NCBI GenBank assembly: GCA_036229005.1
Contig: JAZAMN010000052.1
Location: forward strand, 192,001-256,000
Reading direction: 5' to 3'
DNA: 64,000 bases
Source of the DNA: Myxococcota bacterium
Lineage (GTDB): Bacteria; Myxococcota_A; UBA796; CAJQPC01
The notes beneath the pieces were generated by a model. It was not told the origin of the DNA and ran no database searches. It saw only the letters and a list, made by a program, of their open reading frames with translations. The translations under genes and the position numbers were made by a program. Shown piece after piece: positions 10,143-21,330 of the stretch (within the stretch, counting starts at the first letter, position 1; each line of letters starts with the position of its first letter).

Positions 10143-11213
10143 TCAGAGGTCGCTGCTCCTCAGGGCCGATGCCAGGGCTCTGGCGTCGGCGCTGCGCCCG
10201 TGCTCACGTTGGGCCAGGGTGTCCAGCAGCACCAGAGCCTGCTCGTCCTCCCCCTCCAGGATCAGCGCCTGAGCGCGCCACCAGTCGTATCCCCACGGCA
10301 GGGTGTCGCTCTCGGCGAGCCGGGCGACCTGGTCGAAGGCCTGCAGCGCCTTGTCGCCGTCTCGGGCGCAGACCCAGGCGGTCCCCTCGTACCAGTGCAG
10401 GTAGGGGTCGCTCTGGCCCTTGGCCTCCAGGTGAAGGGTGGTGGCGGACTCGCGGCAGTGGCCGTCCCTGAGCTGGCTTATCGCGCGCTTTGCCGGGCCT
10501 TCGTAAAGGGGGGCTCGCTGCGCGGGGGGGAGCTCGTCAGGGAGCAGGGCGGCGCGGGCCCATACCCGCTGTTGGTCGCTGGGCTGCAGCTTCCAGACCA
10601 CGGCGCCGACGACGGCCAGCAGCGCCAGGAAGGGCAGGATGGGGAGGGAGCCGCTCTGGGTGCCCTTGGACTTTGGGGCAGACCGCTTGGGCTTTGGGGG
10701 CAGCGGCTTGTCCTTTCTGCGGGCTGAGCGCGGGCGAGGTGCGGCTGGCTGGGGGAGGGGGCGCGTCGGAGCCTTGGGCGCGGCCTGGGCGGTCGCGGCG
10801 GTGCGGAGGGCGTGCCGCAGGGCCTCCATGTGATGGCGACAGGGCTCACAGTCGGTCAAGTGGCCTTCCACCCGGGCGACCTGCGCGGCGGAGGCGGCGC
10901 CCAGACCGACGCGCGCCATCTCAAGGGGATCGGGGTGCTCTCCGATCACGACGTCGCGCCGCCGGAGGAAGCGAATGCCCGAAGCGCCCGCCTGGGACAT
11001 GGCCTCCTCGGTGAGGGCCTGGACGCTGTTCTCGCCCGACTCCAGGGTGTTCTGGGCGGCTTCGCGCTCCATCTGCGCCCGCAAGCCGCTATCCTGTAGG
11101 CTCCACTGGGGTGCCCCCAGGACCCGTGCCGCCAGCGTGCGCAGTTGGTTGCGCAGAGGGGTGACGGCGCTGGGGTCTCCCGCGATGAACTGCTCTACAA
11201 GCTTCTGGTCCAT
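10143..11213 (-). CDS. Membrane protein with zf-HC2 anti-sigma-type zinc finger and TPR-like C-terminus
   Basis: EHPD...VEGHLTDCEPC; Pro-rich linker, TM helix, helical repeats. Confidence 0.75.
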   Translation of the reverse strand: MDQKLVEQFIAGDPSAVTPLRNQLRTLAARVLGAPQWSLQDSGLRAQMEREAAQNTLESGENSVQALTEEAMSQAGASGIRFLRRRDVVIGEHPDPLEMARVGLGAASAAQVARVEGHLTDCEPCRHHMEALRHALRTAATAQAAPKAPTRPLPQPAAPRPRSARRKDKPLPPKPKRSAPKSKGTQSGSLPILPFLALLAVVGAVVWKLQPSDQQRVWARAALLPDELPPAQRAPLYEGPAKRAISQLRDGHCRESATTLHLEAKGQSDPYLHWYEGTAWVCARDGDKALQAFDQVARLAESDTLPWGYDWWRAQALILEGEDEQALVLLDTLAQREHGRSADARALASALRSSDL

Positions 11214-11291
11214 GCAGACAACCTTTCCCTTCGAGTCCGGCACCGGCCGGTGCGGAAGCATCATACTGGAACGCCTGGGAGCACTCCGTCC

Positions 11292-12743
11292 ATGAAGCGC
11301 GCGCCCACCGTTCTGCTGATCGAGGATGAGGAGCCCAACCTCAAGGCGCTCACGCGGCTGATCTCGCGTCAGGGCTACCAGGTGTTCGGGGCCATGACGG
11401 GGCAGGGGGGGCTGGACCTGGCGAGCGAGCGGGGACCCGACCTCGCGATCGTGGATCTGCAGCTCCCCGACCTCTACGGAGAGGAGGTGATCCGGCGGAT
11501 GCAGTCGGCCTCCCCGGGGACCCAGTGCATCGTGCTCACGGCCACCGGCAGCGCCGCCAAGGCCTTCGAGTGCCTCCAGGCGGGGGCCACCGACTACTTC
11601 GAGAAGCCCATCGTGGACTTCGCCCGCTTCTTCCAGGTGCTCCGGAAGGCGGTGGAGATCCGGGACCTCAAGGAGGAGAACCGCCGCCTGCGCCGGGGCA
11701 ACCGCGACGGCGTGGAGAGCCTGATCGGCAACAGCCGGGCCATGCAGGAGCTCAAGCAGATGCTCACGGAGGTCGGGCCCTTTCCCTTCCCCGTGCTGAT
11801 CACCGGCGAGTCGGGCACGGGAAAGGAGGTCGTCGCGCGGGCCGTGCACGCCAGCTCCAACCGCCGCGAGGGGCCCTTCCTGGCGGTCAACTGCGCCGCC
11901 ATCCCCGAGCAGCTCCTGGAGAGCACGCTCTTTGGCGCGGAGAAGGGGGCGTTCACCGGGGCGGACAAGATGCGGGTCGGGCTCTTCGAGGAGGCCCAGG
12001 ACGGCACGCTGCTGCTGGACGAGATCGGCGACATGCCCCTGAACATGCAGGTCAAGCTGCTGCGCGTGCTGGAGATGAAGGAGATCACCCGGCTGGGGGC
12101 GAACAAGCCCATCAAGGTCAACGCCCGGGTGCTCACCGCCACACACCGGAACCTGCAGGCCTGGGTCAGCGAGGGGAAGTTCCGAGAGGACCTCTACCAC
12201 CGCATCAAGGTCATCGAGGTGAAGATCCCGCCGCTGCGCGAGCGCCTCGATGATGTGCCCCTGCTGGCCTACTACTTCCTCAAGGAGCTCAACGCGGAAT
12301 ACAACCGCGAGGTGCGGATCGACAGCTCGGCCATGAACACGCTGGCGGCCTACCCCTGGAGCCGGAACAACGTGCGGGAGCTGCGCGGTCAGCTCACCCG
12401 CGCGTTCGTGCTCTGCAAGGACGACAACATCATGGCGACGGACCTGGACCTGAGCGCCGAGCCGCGCGGGTTGGCGAGTCGTCCGCCCGCGGACGCTGCC
12501 GGGGGTGAGTCCGACGCCACGTTCGGGCTGATGTCCGAGCTGGTCGAGCTGAACTACCGGGACGCCAAGGAAGAGGTGCTCAAGGAGTTCTCCAGGCAGT
12601 ACCTCCAGACCCTGCTCCAGGAGACTGGCGGGAACATCACAAGGGCAGCCGATCGTGCGGGCATGGAGCGTCCCAACTTCAGGCGCCTGCTCAAGCGCTA
12701 TGGGGTCACGCGGCCGACGGGGAGTCAGACGGTTGAAGGCTGA
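11292..12743 (+). CDS. Sigma-54-dependent response regulator (NtrC family)
   Basis: Receiver domain (IEDE, DLQLP, EKP); GESGTGKE, GAFTGA, LLLDEIG, FREDLYHR; Fis-type HTH. Confidence 0.95.
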   Translation: MKRAPTVLLIEDEEPNLKALTRLISRQGYQVFGAMTGQGGLDLASERGPDLAIVDLQLPDLYGEEVIRRMQSASPGTQCIVLTATGSAAKAFECLQAGATDYFEKPIVDFARFFQVLRKAVEIRDLKEENRRLRRGNRDGVESLIGNSRAMQELKQMLTEVGPFPFPVLITGESGTGKEVVARAVHASSNRREGPFLAVNCAAIPEQLLESTLFGAEKGAFTGADKMRVGLFEEAQDGTLLLDEIGDMPLNMQVKLLRVLEMKEITRLGANKPIKVNARVLTATHRNLQAWVSEGKFREDLYHRIKVIEVKIPPLRERLDDVPLLAYYFLKELNAEYNREVRIDSSAMNTLAAYPWSRNNVRELRGQLTRAFVLCKDDNIMATDLDLSAEPRGLASRPPADAAGGESDATFGLMSELVELNYRDAKEEVLKEFSRQYLQTLLQETGGNITRAADRAGMERPNFRRLLKRYGVTRPTGSQTVEG

Positions 12744-12857
12744 CTCTCGCTGACTGAGGGGTGGCTCAGTTTTCTGTGACAACGCGTTGACAGGCTACCC
12801 GCCGAGCGATCACGCGGGCCTGTGATAAGCCCTCGTCAATCCCAGCCTGGAGCGTTC

Positions 12858-13928
12858 ATGGATCCCTTTGAGCAGATGGCCTCCCTCGGCCACGAGCAGG
12901 TCGTCTTCACCCGCAACGATGACGTCGGTCTCCGCGCGATCATCGGCATCCACGACACCACTCTGGGCCCCGCCCTGGGCGGTTGCCGGCTCTACCCCTA
13001 CGGCTCCGAAGCCGAGGCCCTCCGGGACGTGCTCCGTCTCTCCCGCGGAATGACCTACAAGGCGGCCGTGGCCGGCCTGGATCTGGGCGGCGGCAAGGCC
13101 GTCATCATCGGGGATCCCGGCATCAAGAGCGAGGGGCTCTTCCGCGCCTTCGGGCGGGCGGTGGAGTCTCTGGGCGGCCGCTACATCACCGCCGAGGACA
13201 TGAACACCAACGTCGAGGACATGAACAACATCGCGCGCGAGACCCGCTGGGTCAGCGGGCGGGGGCATGCGACCGCGGGCGGCGGAGATCCCTCTCCGGT
13301 GACGGCCTGGGGCGTGTACCACGGCGTCCGCGCTGCGGCCGAGGTCACCTTCGGCAGCCCCGACATGGCCGGCAAGAAGGTCGCCATCCAGGGTTGCGGC
13401 AACGTGGGCTACTGGCTGGCCAAGTACCTCCACGAGGAGGGCGCCGAGCTCATCTACTCCGACATCAACGGGGACCGGGTCAAGCGCTGCCTGAACGAGT
13501 TCGGCGGCCGCGCGGTCGAGGGGGACGAGTACTACTCCCTGGACGTCGACGTGCTGGCTCCCTGCGCCATCGGCGGCATCATCAACAGCACCACCATCCC
13601 CATGCTGCGGGCCCCCATCATCGCGGGCGGCGCCAACAACGTGCTGAACGAAGAGGACGAGGACGGCCACGCGCTCCTGGAGCGCGGCATCGCCTACGCC
13701 CCGGACTACGTGATCAACGCGGGCGGGCTGGTCAGCGTCTACGCCGAGCTCCACGCGCTGCCCCACGCCAAGGCCATGGAGGACGCCGCCGGCATCTTCA
13801 ACACGGTCAAGTCCATCATGAACGCCGCCAAGGCCCAGGGCACGACCACCATGAAGGCCGCGAACGCCCTGGCCGAGGCCCGCATCGAGACGGTCGCCCG
13901 CGTCAAGCGCATGCACATTCCCGGCTGA
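12858..13928 (+). CDS. ldh: Leucine dehydrogenase (Glu/Leu/Phe/Val family)
   Basis: IHDTTLGPALGGCR, GMTYKAA, GGGKAVI, AEDM, QGCGNVG, GGANN, INAGG. Confidence 0.92.
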   Translation: MDPFEQMASLGHEQVVFTRNDDVGLRAIIGIHDTTLGPALGGCRLYPYGSEAEALRDVLRLSRGMTYKAAVAGLDLGGGKAVIIGDPGIKSEGLFRAFGRAVESLGGRYITAEDMNTNVEDMNNIARETRWVSGRGHATAGGGDPSPVTAWGVYHGVRAAAEVTFGSPDMAGKKVAIQGCGNVGYWLAKYLHEEGAELIYSDINGDRVKRCLNEFGGRAVEGDEYYSLDVDVLAPCAIGGIINSTTIPMLRAPIIAGGANNVLNEEDEDGHALLERGIAYAPDYVINAGGLVSVYAELHALPHAKAMEDAAGIFNTVKSIMNAAKAQGTTTMKAANALAEARIETVARVKRMHIPG

Positions 13929-14006
13929 GCTGGGACCCGCAGCGCGCGGGGATGTCAGAATGTCGGTCGCGGGTTCCCGCCCAAGGGGAGCCGGACTGGA
14001 GACAGA

Positions 14007-15047
14007 ATGACCTCGACTGCGCGCTGGATGCTCGCTGCCCTGTGCGGCGCCACGATGCTCACGGTGGGCCTCACCGCCAGCCGGACCCAGGCCGGCGGTG
14101 ACCTCGACTTTGGCTACACCCCCAACCCTCAGGCCGGGGAGAAGCCTGCGCTCTTCGTGACCCCCGCGCGCCCGGTCAAGGAGCTCTACGTGAGCTGCAC
14201 CGTGGGCGGACAGGACCACGAGTGGACGCGCACCGGGGTCGCCGCGGGCAAGCAGCAGAACTTCGCCTGGCCCCGCGACACCCGGCACACCCACGCGGAC
14301 TGCTTCGTGCGGGCCACCTTCGCCGATGGCTACGTGAGCGAGCAGCAGCTCCCCATCGACTACAGCTTCGGCGGGGCGCTGAGCGTCGACCTCTCGCGCG
14401 CGGAAGCCGACCTCAAGGAGCACACCCTGACCGTCGCGGTGAGCGAGCACGTCGACACCGCCGAGATCGTGGCCTACGGCGCGCACAAGACCCTGCTGGA
14501 CAAGCGGGTGATTCAGGTGGACTCCGGGCCCGGGGACATCACGCTGCCTTGGGTCGGCGACCCCGGCGAGGTGGTCCTGCTGGAGGTCAAGGTCGAGAAC
14601 AGCAATGCCTGGGCGGGTTTTGAGTTCTCGCCCTGGTTCCTGGACATTCCGCACGACGACGTGCTCTTCGAGAGCAACTCCGACGTCATCGACCCCGACC
14701 AGGAGCACAAGCTCGAGCGCACCCTCAAGGACCTGAACGAGGTCATCGACAAGTACGGCGAGATCGTGCCCGTGAAGCTCTACATCGCCGGCTGCACCGA
14801 CACCGTCGGGGACGCTGGGGGCAACCGCGAGCTCTCCCGCCGCCGGGCCAAGGCAATCGCCAAGTGGCTGCGCGCGCACGGGTACAGCCACCCCATCTAC
14901 TACCACGGCTTCGGGGAGTCTCTGCTGGCCGTGCCCACCGGCGACAACGTGGACGAGGTCCGCAACCGCCGGGCGCTCTACATGGTCGGGGCCTCCGCGC
15001 CCGGGAAGGGGAGCGGGATCCCTGGCGTCAAGTGGACCGCGCTCTGA
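14007..15047 (+). CDS. Exported OmpA-family protein
   Basis: Signal peptide; C-terminal GCTDTVGDAGGNRELSRRRA...NRRA OmpA-like domain. Confidence 0.88.
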   Translation: MTSTARWMLAALCGATMLTVGLTASRTQAGGDLDFGYTPNPQAGEKPALFVTPARPVKELYVSCTVGGQDHEWTRTGVAAGKQQNFAWPRDTRHTHADCFVRATFADGYVSEQQLPIDYSFGGALSVDLSRAEADLKEHTLTVAVSEHVDTAEIVAYGAHKTLLDKRVIQVDSGPGDITLPWVGDPGEVVLLEVKVENSNAWAGFEFSPWFLDIPHDDVLFESNSDVIDPDQEHKLERTLKDLNEVIDKYGEIVPVKLYIAGCTDTVGDAGGNRELSRRRAKAIAKWLRAHGYSHPIYYHGFGESLLAVPTGDNVDEVRNRRALYMVGASAPGKGSGIPGVKWTAL

Positions 15048-15129
15048 CCGCCTGACCCCTGGGCGCCCGCAAATCTCTGCCTTCGGTCCCGCCAGCGAGG
15101 TCAGGCTGGCGCGGACCCAGGGGCCCTGT

Positions 15130-17886
15130 TCAGAAGCGCGCGTTGACGCCGATGCTGGCGGCGCCCTGCAATGCGCGGATCTTGGCGATGTCGGCGACGT
15201 CCCCGCTGGGGGGCACCGCGAGCCGAGCGTGGTGCAGGTGGAGCTGGTAGCCCAGGCTCACGGCGATGGGGTCGCTGACCGGGATGTCCAGGTAGGTGTT
15301 CAACTCGGTCATCACGGGCCTGGGGGCGAAGGTCTCGGCCAGGTCGAAGCGGAAGCCCATGGTCTCGGTGTCCAGGGCGACGCCCGCGCTCAAGCGCGCG
15401 CCCGCCATGCGTCGGTCGTAGGAGCCGATGTCGGTGAGGGTCTCGTTGTAGCGGAGCACCGGCATGTCCACCAAGCCCACGCCCAGGCCGCCGAAGAAGT
15501 AGGCGGCGCCCTGAACGCTGCCCACCGTGAGGGCCGCGTGCGCCGGAAGGATGGTGTCGGCCATCTCCACGCCGGAGACCTTCATCTTGTAGCGGCCGGC
15601 CCGGAGCCCGGCGTCGAAGCCGATCATGCCCTGGGGGCCGCCGTGGCCGTCGAGCTGGATCACGGCCGCCGGGATGGCCATCTTGGAGAAGGCCACCGAC
15701 GAGGGGACGCGCCCGTTTCCGTCGTTGTTGTCGCGCACCGCGCTGTGTCGGTACTGGACCACGGCGCCCATGAGTCGGGCGTTCCCAGAGAAGCCGCTGC
15801 TGCCGCCGCTGCTCCCGTCGCGGGGGGGCTTGTCACGGCCTCCGTCGGTGTCGGCTGCGTCCGCGGACATCTGGGCCAGAGTGGGCAGCTCCAGGGTCCC
15901 GGAGGCGGTGCCGACCGTGGCGCTGAGGGTGAGCGGGCCGTCGACGCCGGGGGGGAGCTGAACGGGCACGTTGTAGCTGCCGTCGCCGTTGTTCTGGAGG
16001 GTGCCGACGGTGCCCACGGAGGCGGTGACCTGGGGGGGCTGGTCGACAATGGCCTTGCCGGCGGGGTCGAGCACCTTGATGGTCACCAGCAGGGCGGCGC
16101 CGGGGGTGGTGTAGGTGGGGACCGAGGCGACCTGCACCGCGCTGGGCGCGCCCACGTCCGCGCCGACCCGTCCGACCTTGAGGGAGACCAGGGTCTGCTG
16201 CCAGCGGGCCACGCGGGCGCGATCCTCGGCGGAGCCACCCGTCTCGACGGCGCCCGCGCTCTGGTCGGGGGTGTGGAGCACGAGCACGCTGCGGCCCACC
16301 ACGCCGCCTGCGCTGGCCTGCAGGCCCACGAAGCCGGCCTCGGTGCCCGCGCGGACCTGGACGTGCGCGACGCCGCCGCTGTCCGTCTTCACGGAGGGCT
16401 CCATGGCGGCGCTGCCCACGGGCACGGAGAGCTCGATCTCGGTGTTGGGGACGGGGACACCGGTGGCGTCCAGGGCCACCAGGGTGAGGGTGGCGGTGGC
16501 GCTGCCGTCCGCGGGGAGGCTGCCCTGGTCCATCCACATCACGACGTGGCGTACGGGCAGGCCGGTGGCCTTGTAGACCGGGCGCACGCGCACGGTGGCG
16601 TCGTCGGCCTTGCTGCTCATGCGCAGCTTCTGGGTGTAGGTGCCGTCGCCGTTGTCGCGGGTCCCGGCCAGCTTGGAGGCACCCTCGGCCTGCACCTGGA
16701 TCTTGCGCTTGGTCATCGCGGCGCCGTCGGCCCGCTGCAGGTGCGCGGTCACGTGAAAGTCCCGCTCCTTCTCCTTGAGGGCGGCCGGGTCGCTGGACAG
16801 CGCGACCCGGGGGACGGCGTCCACCAAGGTGATCTTGTGGCTGTCCTTGAGCTCGCCGAGGGTGGCCTCGATGCTCAGGGAGCCGGGATCCGCGGCGGTG
16901 GTCAGGGTGAAGCGGTACCAGCCCTCGCCCAGGTTCTCCCCGCTGGCGCCGTTGAGCTTGGGGGCCTCGCCACGCCATGCCTCGCCGTCACCAGAGAGAG
17001 CGAGGACGTGGACCACCAGGGTGTGGTCGGTGGGGAGCACAGCCGGGAGAGGGGCCAGAGCCAGCAGATCCGGGCTGTTGAGCTCCAGGGTCACCTGGGA
17101 GTCCTTGCGGTTGCCCAGCTCGTCGACCGACTGGAGGGTCGCGGTGGTGACCCGGGGGTCCAGCTTGGCGGTGACGGTCACGCCGTCGGGGCCGGCGGTC
17201 GTGGGGCCGTACTGGGCGTTGCCGATCACCAGCACGTTCTGGGAGCCAGCGGGGGCGCTGACCTGCTGGGCACGCTCCAGGAGCACGGGGAGGGCGCCGT
17301 AGCCCACGACCTGGTTGGGGGTGGTCGCGTCGGTCGCGGTGAAGACGACGTGCTGGGGGTCGGAGAAGCTGCTGGTGGGGGTCCAGGTGGCCGACCAGGT
17401 GCCGTCGTCGTTCTGGGTGAGGGGCCCGACCCGGCCGCTGCTGGCCTCGAGCATCACGGAGCGGCCCTCCAGGGGGAGGGGGTGGGGGCCCTCGGCGCTC
17501 ACGGTGAGCGCGACCGTGCCCTTGTCCCCGGCGGTCCAGGTCTGGGGCTCGAAGGCCACCGAGAGCTCACCCATGGGCGAGGGGACCAGCGGGATGCGCA
17601 GCTCTTCGTCGTGCTTGCCGCGCACGCGGATGCGGACGGTCGCGTCGGTGTTGGAGTAGGCCTGGCTGGGGGTGAACTCGAAGAGGATCAGGTCATTGGC
17701 CGGGATCGCCGCGGCGCCCACCTCGCCGCTGGAGGCCTGTACGCGGAGGCGGTCTCCGGGCACCACCCCGGGCGCGTGCACCTGCACCTGCACCACGCTC
17801 TGCCCGTCGGCCTCGATGGGGGGCATGGGCAGGACGCTCAGGGACGCGGCGAACACGTTGGAGCTCACGAGCAGAGAGAGCAGCAT
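15130..17886 (-). CDS. Large exported protein with invasin/Big-1-like Ig repeats and probable C-terminal beta-barrel
   Basis: ADGQS/ADGSATATL and DNGDGTY repeats; C-terminal amphipathic strands ending in F; GGAGG RBS. Confidence 0.8.
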   Translation of the reverse strand: MLLSLLVSSNVFAASLSVLPMPPIEADGQSVVQVQVHAPGVVPGDRLRVQASSGEVGAAAIPANDLILFEFTPSQAYSNTDATVRIRVRGKHDEELRIPLVPSPMGELSVAFEPQTWTAGDKGTVALTVSAEGPHPLPLEGRSVMLEASSGRVGPLTQNDDGTWSATWTPTSSFSDPQHVVFTATDATTPNQVVGYGALPVLLERAQQVSAPAGSQNVLVIGNAQYGPTTAGPDGVTVTAKLDPRVTTATLQSVDELGNRKDSQVTLELNSPDLLALAPLPAVLPTDHTLVVHVLALSGDGEAWRGEAPKLNGASGENLGEGWYRFTLTTAADPGSLSIEATLGELKDSHKITLVDAVPRVALSSDPAALKEKERDFHVTAHLQRADGAAMTKRKIQVQAEGASKLAGTRDNGDGTYTQKLRMSSKADDATVRVRPVYKATGLPVRHVVMWMDQGSLPADGSATATLTLVALDATGVPVPNTEIELSVPVGSAAMEPSVKTDSGGVAHVQVRAGTEAGFVGLQASAGGVVGRSVLVLHTPDQSAGAVETGGSAEDRARVARWQQTLVSLKVGRVGADVGAPSAVQVASVPTYTTPGAALLVTIKVLDPAGKAIVDQPPQVTASVGTVGTLQNNGDGSYNVPVQLPPGVDGPLTLSATVGTASGTLELPTLAQMSADAADTDGGRDKPPRDGSSGGSSGFSGNARLMGAVVQYRHSAVRDNNDGNGRVPSSVAFSKMAIPAAVIQLDGHGGPQGMIGFDAGLRAGRYKMKVSGVEMADTILPAHAALTVGSVQGAAYFFGGLGVGLVDMPVLRYNETLTDIGSYDRRMAGARLSAGVALDTETMGFRFDLAETFAPRPVMTELNTYLDIPVSDPIAVSLGYQLHLHHARLAVPPSGDVADIAKIRALQGAASIGVNARF

Positions 17887-18049
17887 GGCGGGGGCCTCCA
17901 GGGCGGTGAGGGTACCCCAGCGGGGCCACCGCTCGGCGCTGACGGTGCCCGATTTTCGTCCTGTTGACCCCTGCAGTGGGCCCCGCCTGGGGAGGGTCTG
18001 CCCGGGCCGGCTTGGGGTGTTAGGTGGCAGGACCTTTGAAGGACCGCAC

Positions 18050-19168
18050 ATGCCCACGAACGTCGACACCTCTGGCTGGAAGCTGCCCATCAACCTCGGT
18101 CTGAACGACGGCACCTACTGTGCCCAGGGCGCGATCGACGTGCTGCTCCAGCACAACGAGCGGCACTCCCTGCGCAACTACAGCGACGGTGACAACAGCG
18201 AGCTGCGGCGCCTGATCGCCGAGGAGTGCGGCGTCACCCCCCAGATGGTGTACCTGCAGAACGGCTCCGGCCCCATCCTCAAGCAGGTCATCCCGCACCT
18301 GGTGCGCGACTCCATCAAGAGCAGCGCGAGCCGGATGCTCAAGCACCTGACCTCCAAGAGCGGCTACCCCATCATCACGCCCAGCCTGACCTACTTCAAG
18401 GTGCCCCTGGGCGCGGAGAAGAAGGGCCTGAGCGTGCGCCTGGTGCCCCTGCGTCCCGAGCGCGACTTCAAGCTGGACATCGGCGAGCTTGAGGCCGCCA
18501 TCAAGCAGGGCGACGGGCTGGTCTACCTGGCCAACCCCAACAACCCCACCGGCAACGTGCTCGTGACCCGCGAGCAGATCGTGCCGCTGATCAAGAAGTA
18601 CCCCAAGTCCACCTTCTGGATCGACGAGGCCTACGTCCAGTACGTGGACCCCGCCAAGCACAGCTACATGCCTGACCTGGTGGGCCAGTTCGAGAACGTG
18701 GTGTGCACCCGCACCTTCTCGTTCGCCTACGGGATGGCCAGCGCCCGCATCGGCTACATCGTCGCGCAGCCCGACCTGATCGCGAAGCTGGAGGGCGAGG
18801 TCACCAACTACCGAATCCCCCTGCTGACCGAGCGCATGGGCGTCGCCACCCTCAAGGACACCCAGCACCTGCCGGACGTGCGCGTCCGCAGCAAGCAGGC
18901 CCGCGACTACCTGACCGAGCGCATGGGCAAGTGGTCGGACCGCCTCAAGGTCTTCCCCAGCGAGGTCAACTTCCTGCTGGTCCAGACCCTGGACGGCCCC
19001 AAGGCCAAGGCCATCGCCGCCGGTCTGCTGGAGCGCGGGGTCAAGATCAAGACCTTCGTGCCCCTGCAGGACTACCGCTACGACGAGTTCTTCCGCATCA
19101 CCATCGGCCTGCCCGAAGAGAACGAGTTCCTGGCGGACATGCTCGATGAGGTGATGGAGGTCCTCTGA
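18050..19168 (+). CDS. HisC/CobD-like PLP-fold aminotransferase homologue with the Schiff-base Lys replaced by Phe
   Basis: NPNNPTG, IDEAY, RTFSFAYGMASARIGY, PSEVNF, RITIG. Confidence 0.85.
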   Translation: MPTNVDTSGWKLPINLGLNDGTYCAQGAIDVLLQHNERHSLRNYSDGDNSELRRLIAEECGVTPQMVYLQNGSGPILKQVIPHLVRDSIKSSASRMLKHLTSKSGYPIITPSLTYFKVPLGAEKKGLSVRLVPLRPERDFKLDIGELEAAIKQGDGLVYLANPNNPTGNVLVTREQIVPLIKKYPKSTFWIDEAYVQYVDPAKHSYMPDLVGQFENVVCTRTFSFAYGMASARIGYIVAQPDLIAKLEGEVTNYRIPLLTERMGVATLKDTQHLPDVRVRSKQARDYLTERMGKWSDRLKVFPSEVNFLLVQTLDGPKAKAIAAGLLERGVKIKTFVPLQDYRYDEFFRITIGLPEENEFLADMLDEVMEVL

Positions 19169-19175
19169 GGGGGGC

Positions 19176-19466
19176 AGGTATCAGGAGTCAGGGGTCAGGT
19201 ATCAGGCATGACGCCGAGCCGGCTCCCAGCGCCGCTCTCTCCCGGGATTCGGATACCCGATACCCGGTTCGCCGCGCCCTCGTGTGGCCCGCGCGCAGCG
19301 CTCGGACCCTCCCCGCAACGCCCAACAAGTAGGCTGCCACCACCACCCGACCCCGGAACCAGGTCATCGCCGGTCGGTCGCCAGTCGCCGCAGCCCACCA
19401 CCCGATACCTGATACCTGATACCTGATACCTGATACCTGATACCTGATACCTGACCTCCGATACCC
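19176..19466. repeat. Heptamer-bordered intergenic element, copy 1 (7x GATACCT at 19404-19452)
   Basis: AGGTATC units at the left end, inverted GATACCT array at the right end; blocks shared with the 32524 and 39768 loci. Confidence 0.85.
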
Positions 19467-19473
19467 CCCCAGA

Positions 19474-19512
19474 GAACAAACGGCGCCGCCCCAACAAGGG
19501 CGACGCCGTCTT
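19474..19512 (-). terminator. Intrinsic terminator of the FKBP gene
   Basis: Minus strand ACGGCGTCGCCC-TTGTTG-GGGCGGCGCCGT followed by TTGTTCT. Confidence 0.65.
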
Positions 19513-19527
19513 CGCTCTGGCCCGCAA

Positions 19528-20796
<1,269 letters not shown>

Positions 20797-20841
20797 GCCC
20801 TGCGGCTAACCCACCCCCGCCGATCTGCCATGATGGGGCGC

Positions 20842-21135
20842 ATGCCCGAGGTCTACTGCCAAGGTCTGGAGCGCAGCGTCACCCTCGCCGAGGGGGAGGA
20901 CCTGCTGCACGGTCTGCTCAAGGCGGGCGTCCCCGTGGCCAGCACCTGCCGCGGCGACGGGATCTGCGGCCAGTGCGCCATGTGGGTGGAGGGGCCCCAG
21001 GGCCCGGTCGGTGAGCTCGAGGCCCGGACCATGAAGCGTCAGCGTGTTCAGGCCTCGCAGCGCCTCGCCTGCAGGGTCGTGTGCCAGCACGGGCAGGTCT
21101 TGCGGACCAGTTACTGGGGTGTACCAAAATCTTGA
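20842..21135 (+). CDS. 2Fe-2S ferredoxin
   Basis: CRGDGICGQC...RLAC. Confidence 0.88.
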   Translation: MPEVYCQGLERSVTLAEGEDLLHGLLKAGVPVASTCRGDGICGQCAMWVEGPQGPVGELEARTMKRQRVQASQRLACRVVCQHGQVLRTSYWGVPKS

Positions 21136-21330
21136 ACAGTGTCCCAGATCCTGCTCCGTTTCCTGAACGACCCTGAAGATCCAGGGGCCCGGGAACCCCC
21201 TTGAGTCCTCGCGTGTCAAAGGGAGGTCAGAAGTCCTGTCAAGCTGGCGTGTCCTTTGCATGGAGCGCGAGTGACCGCGGGGCTTCGGCCCGACCAGCCG
21301 TGGTCCAAACCCTCTCTCTACGGAGACCCG

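Noticed and set aside
19195..19527. ORFs with repeated YQVSGIR peptides
   Set aside because: They are translations of the GATACCT heptamer array, with no RBS or coding-type bias.
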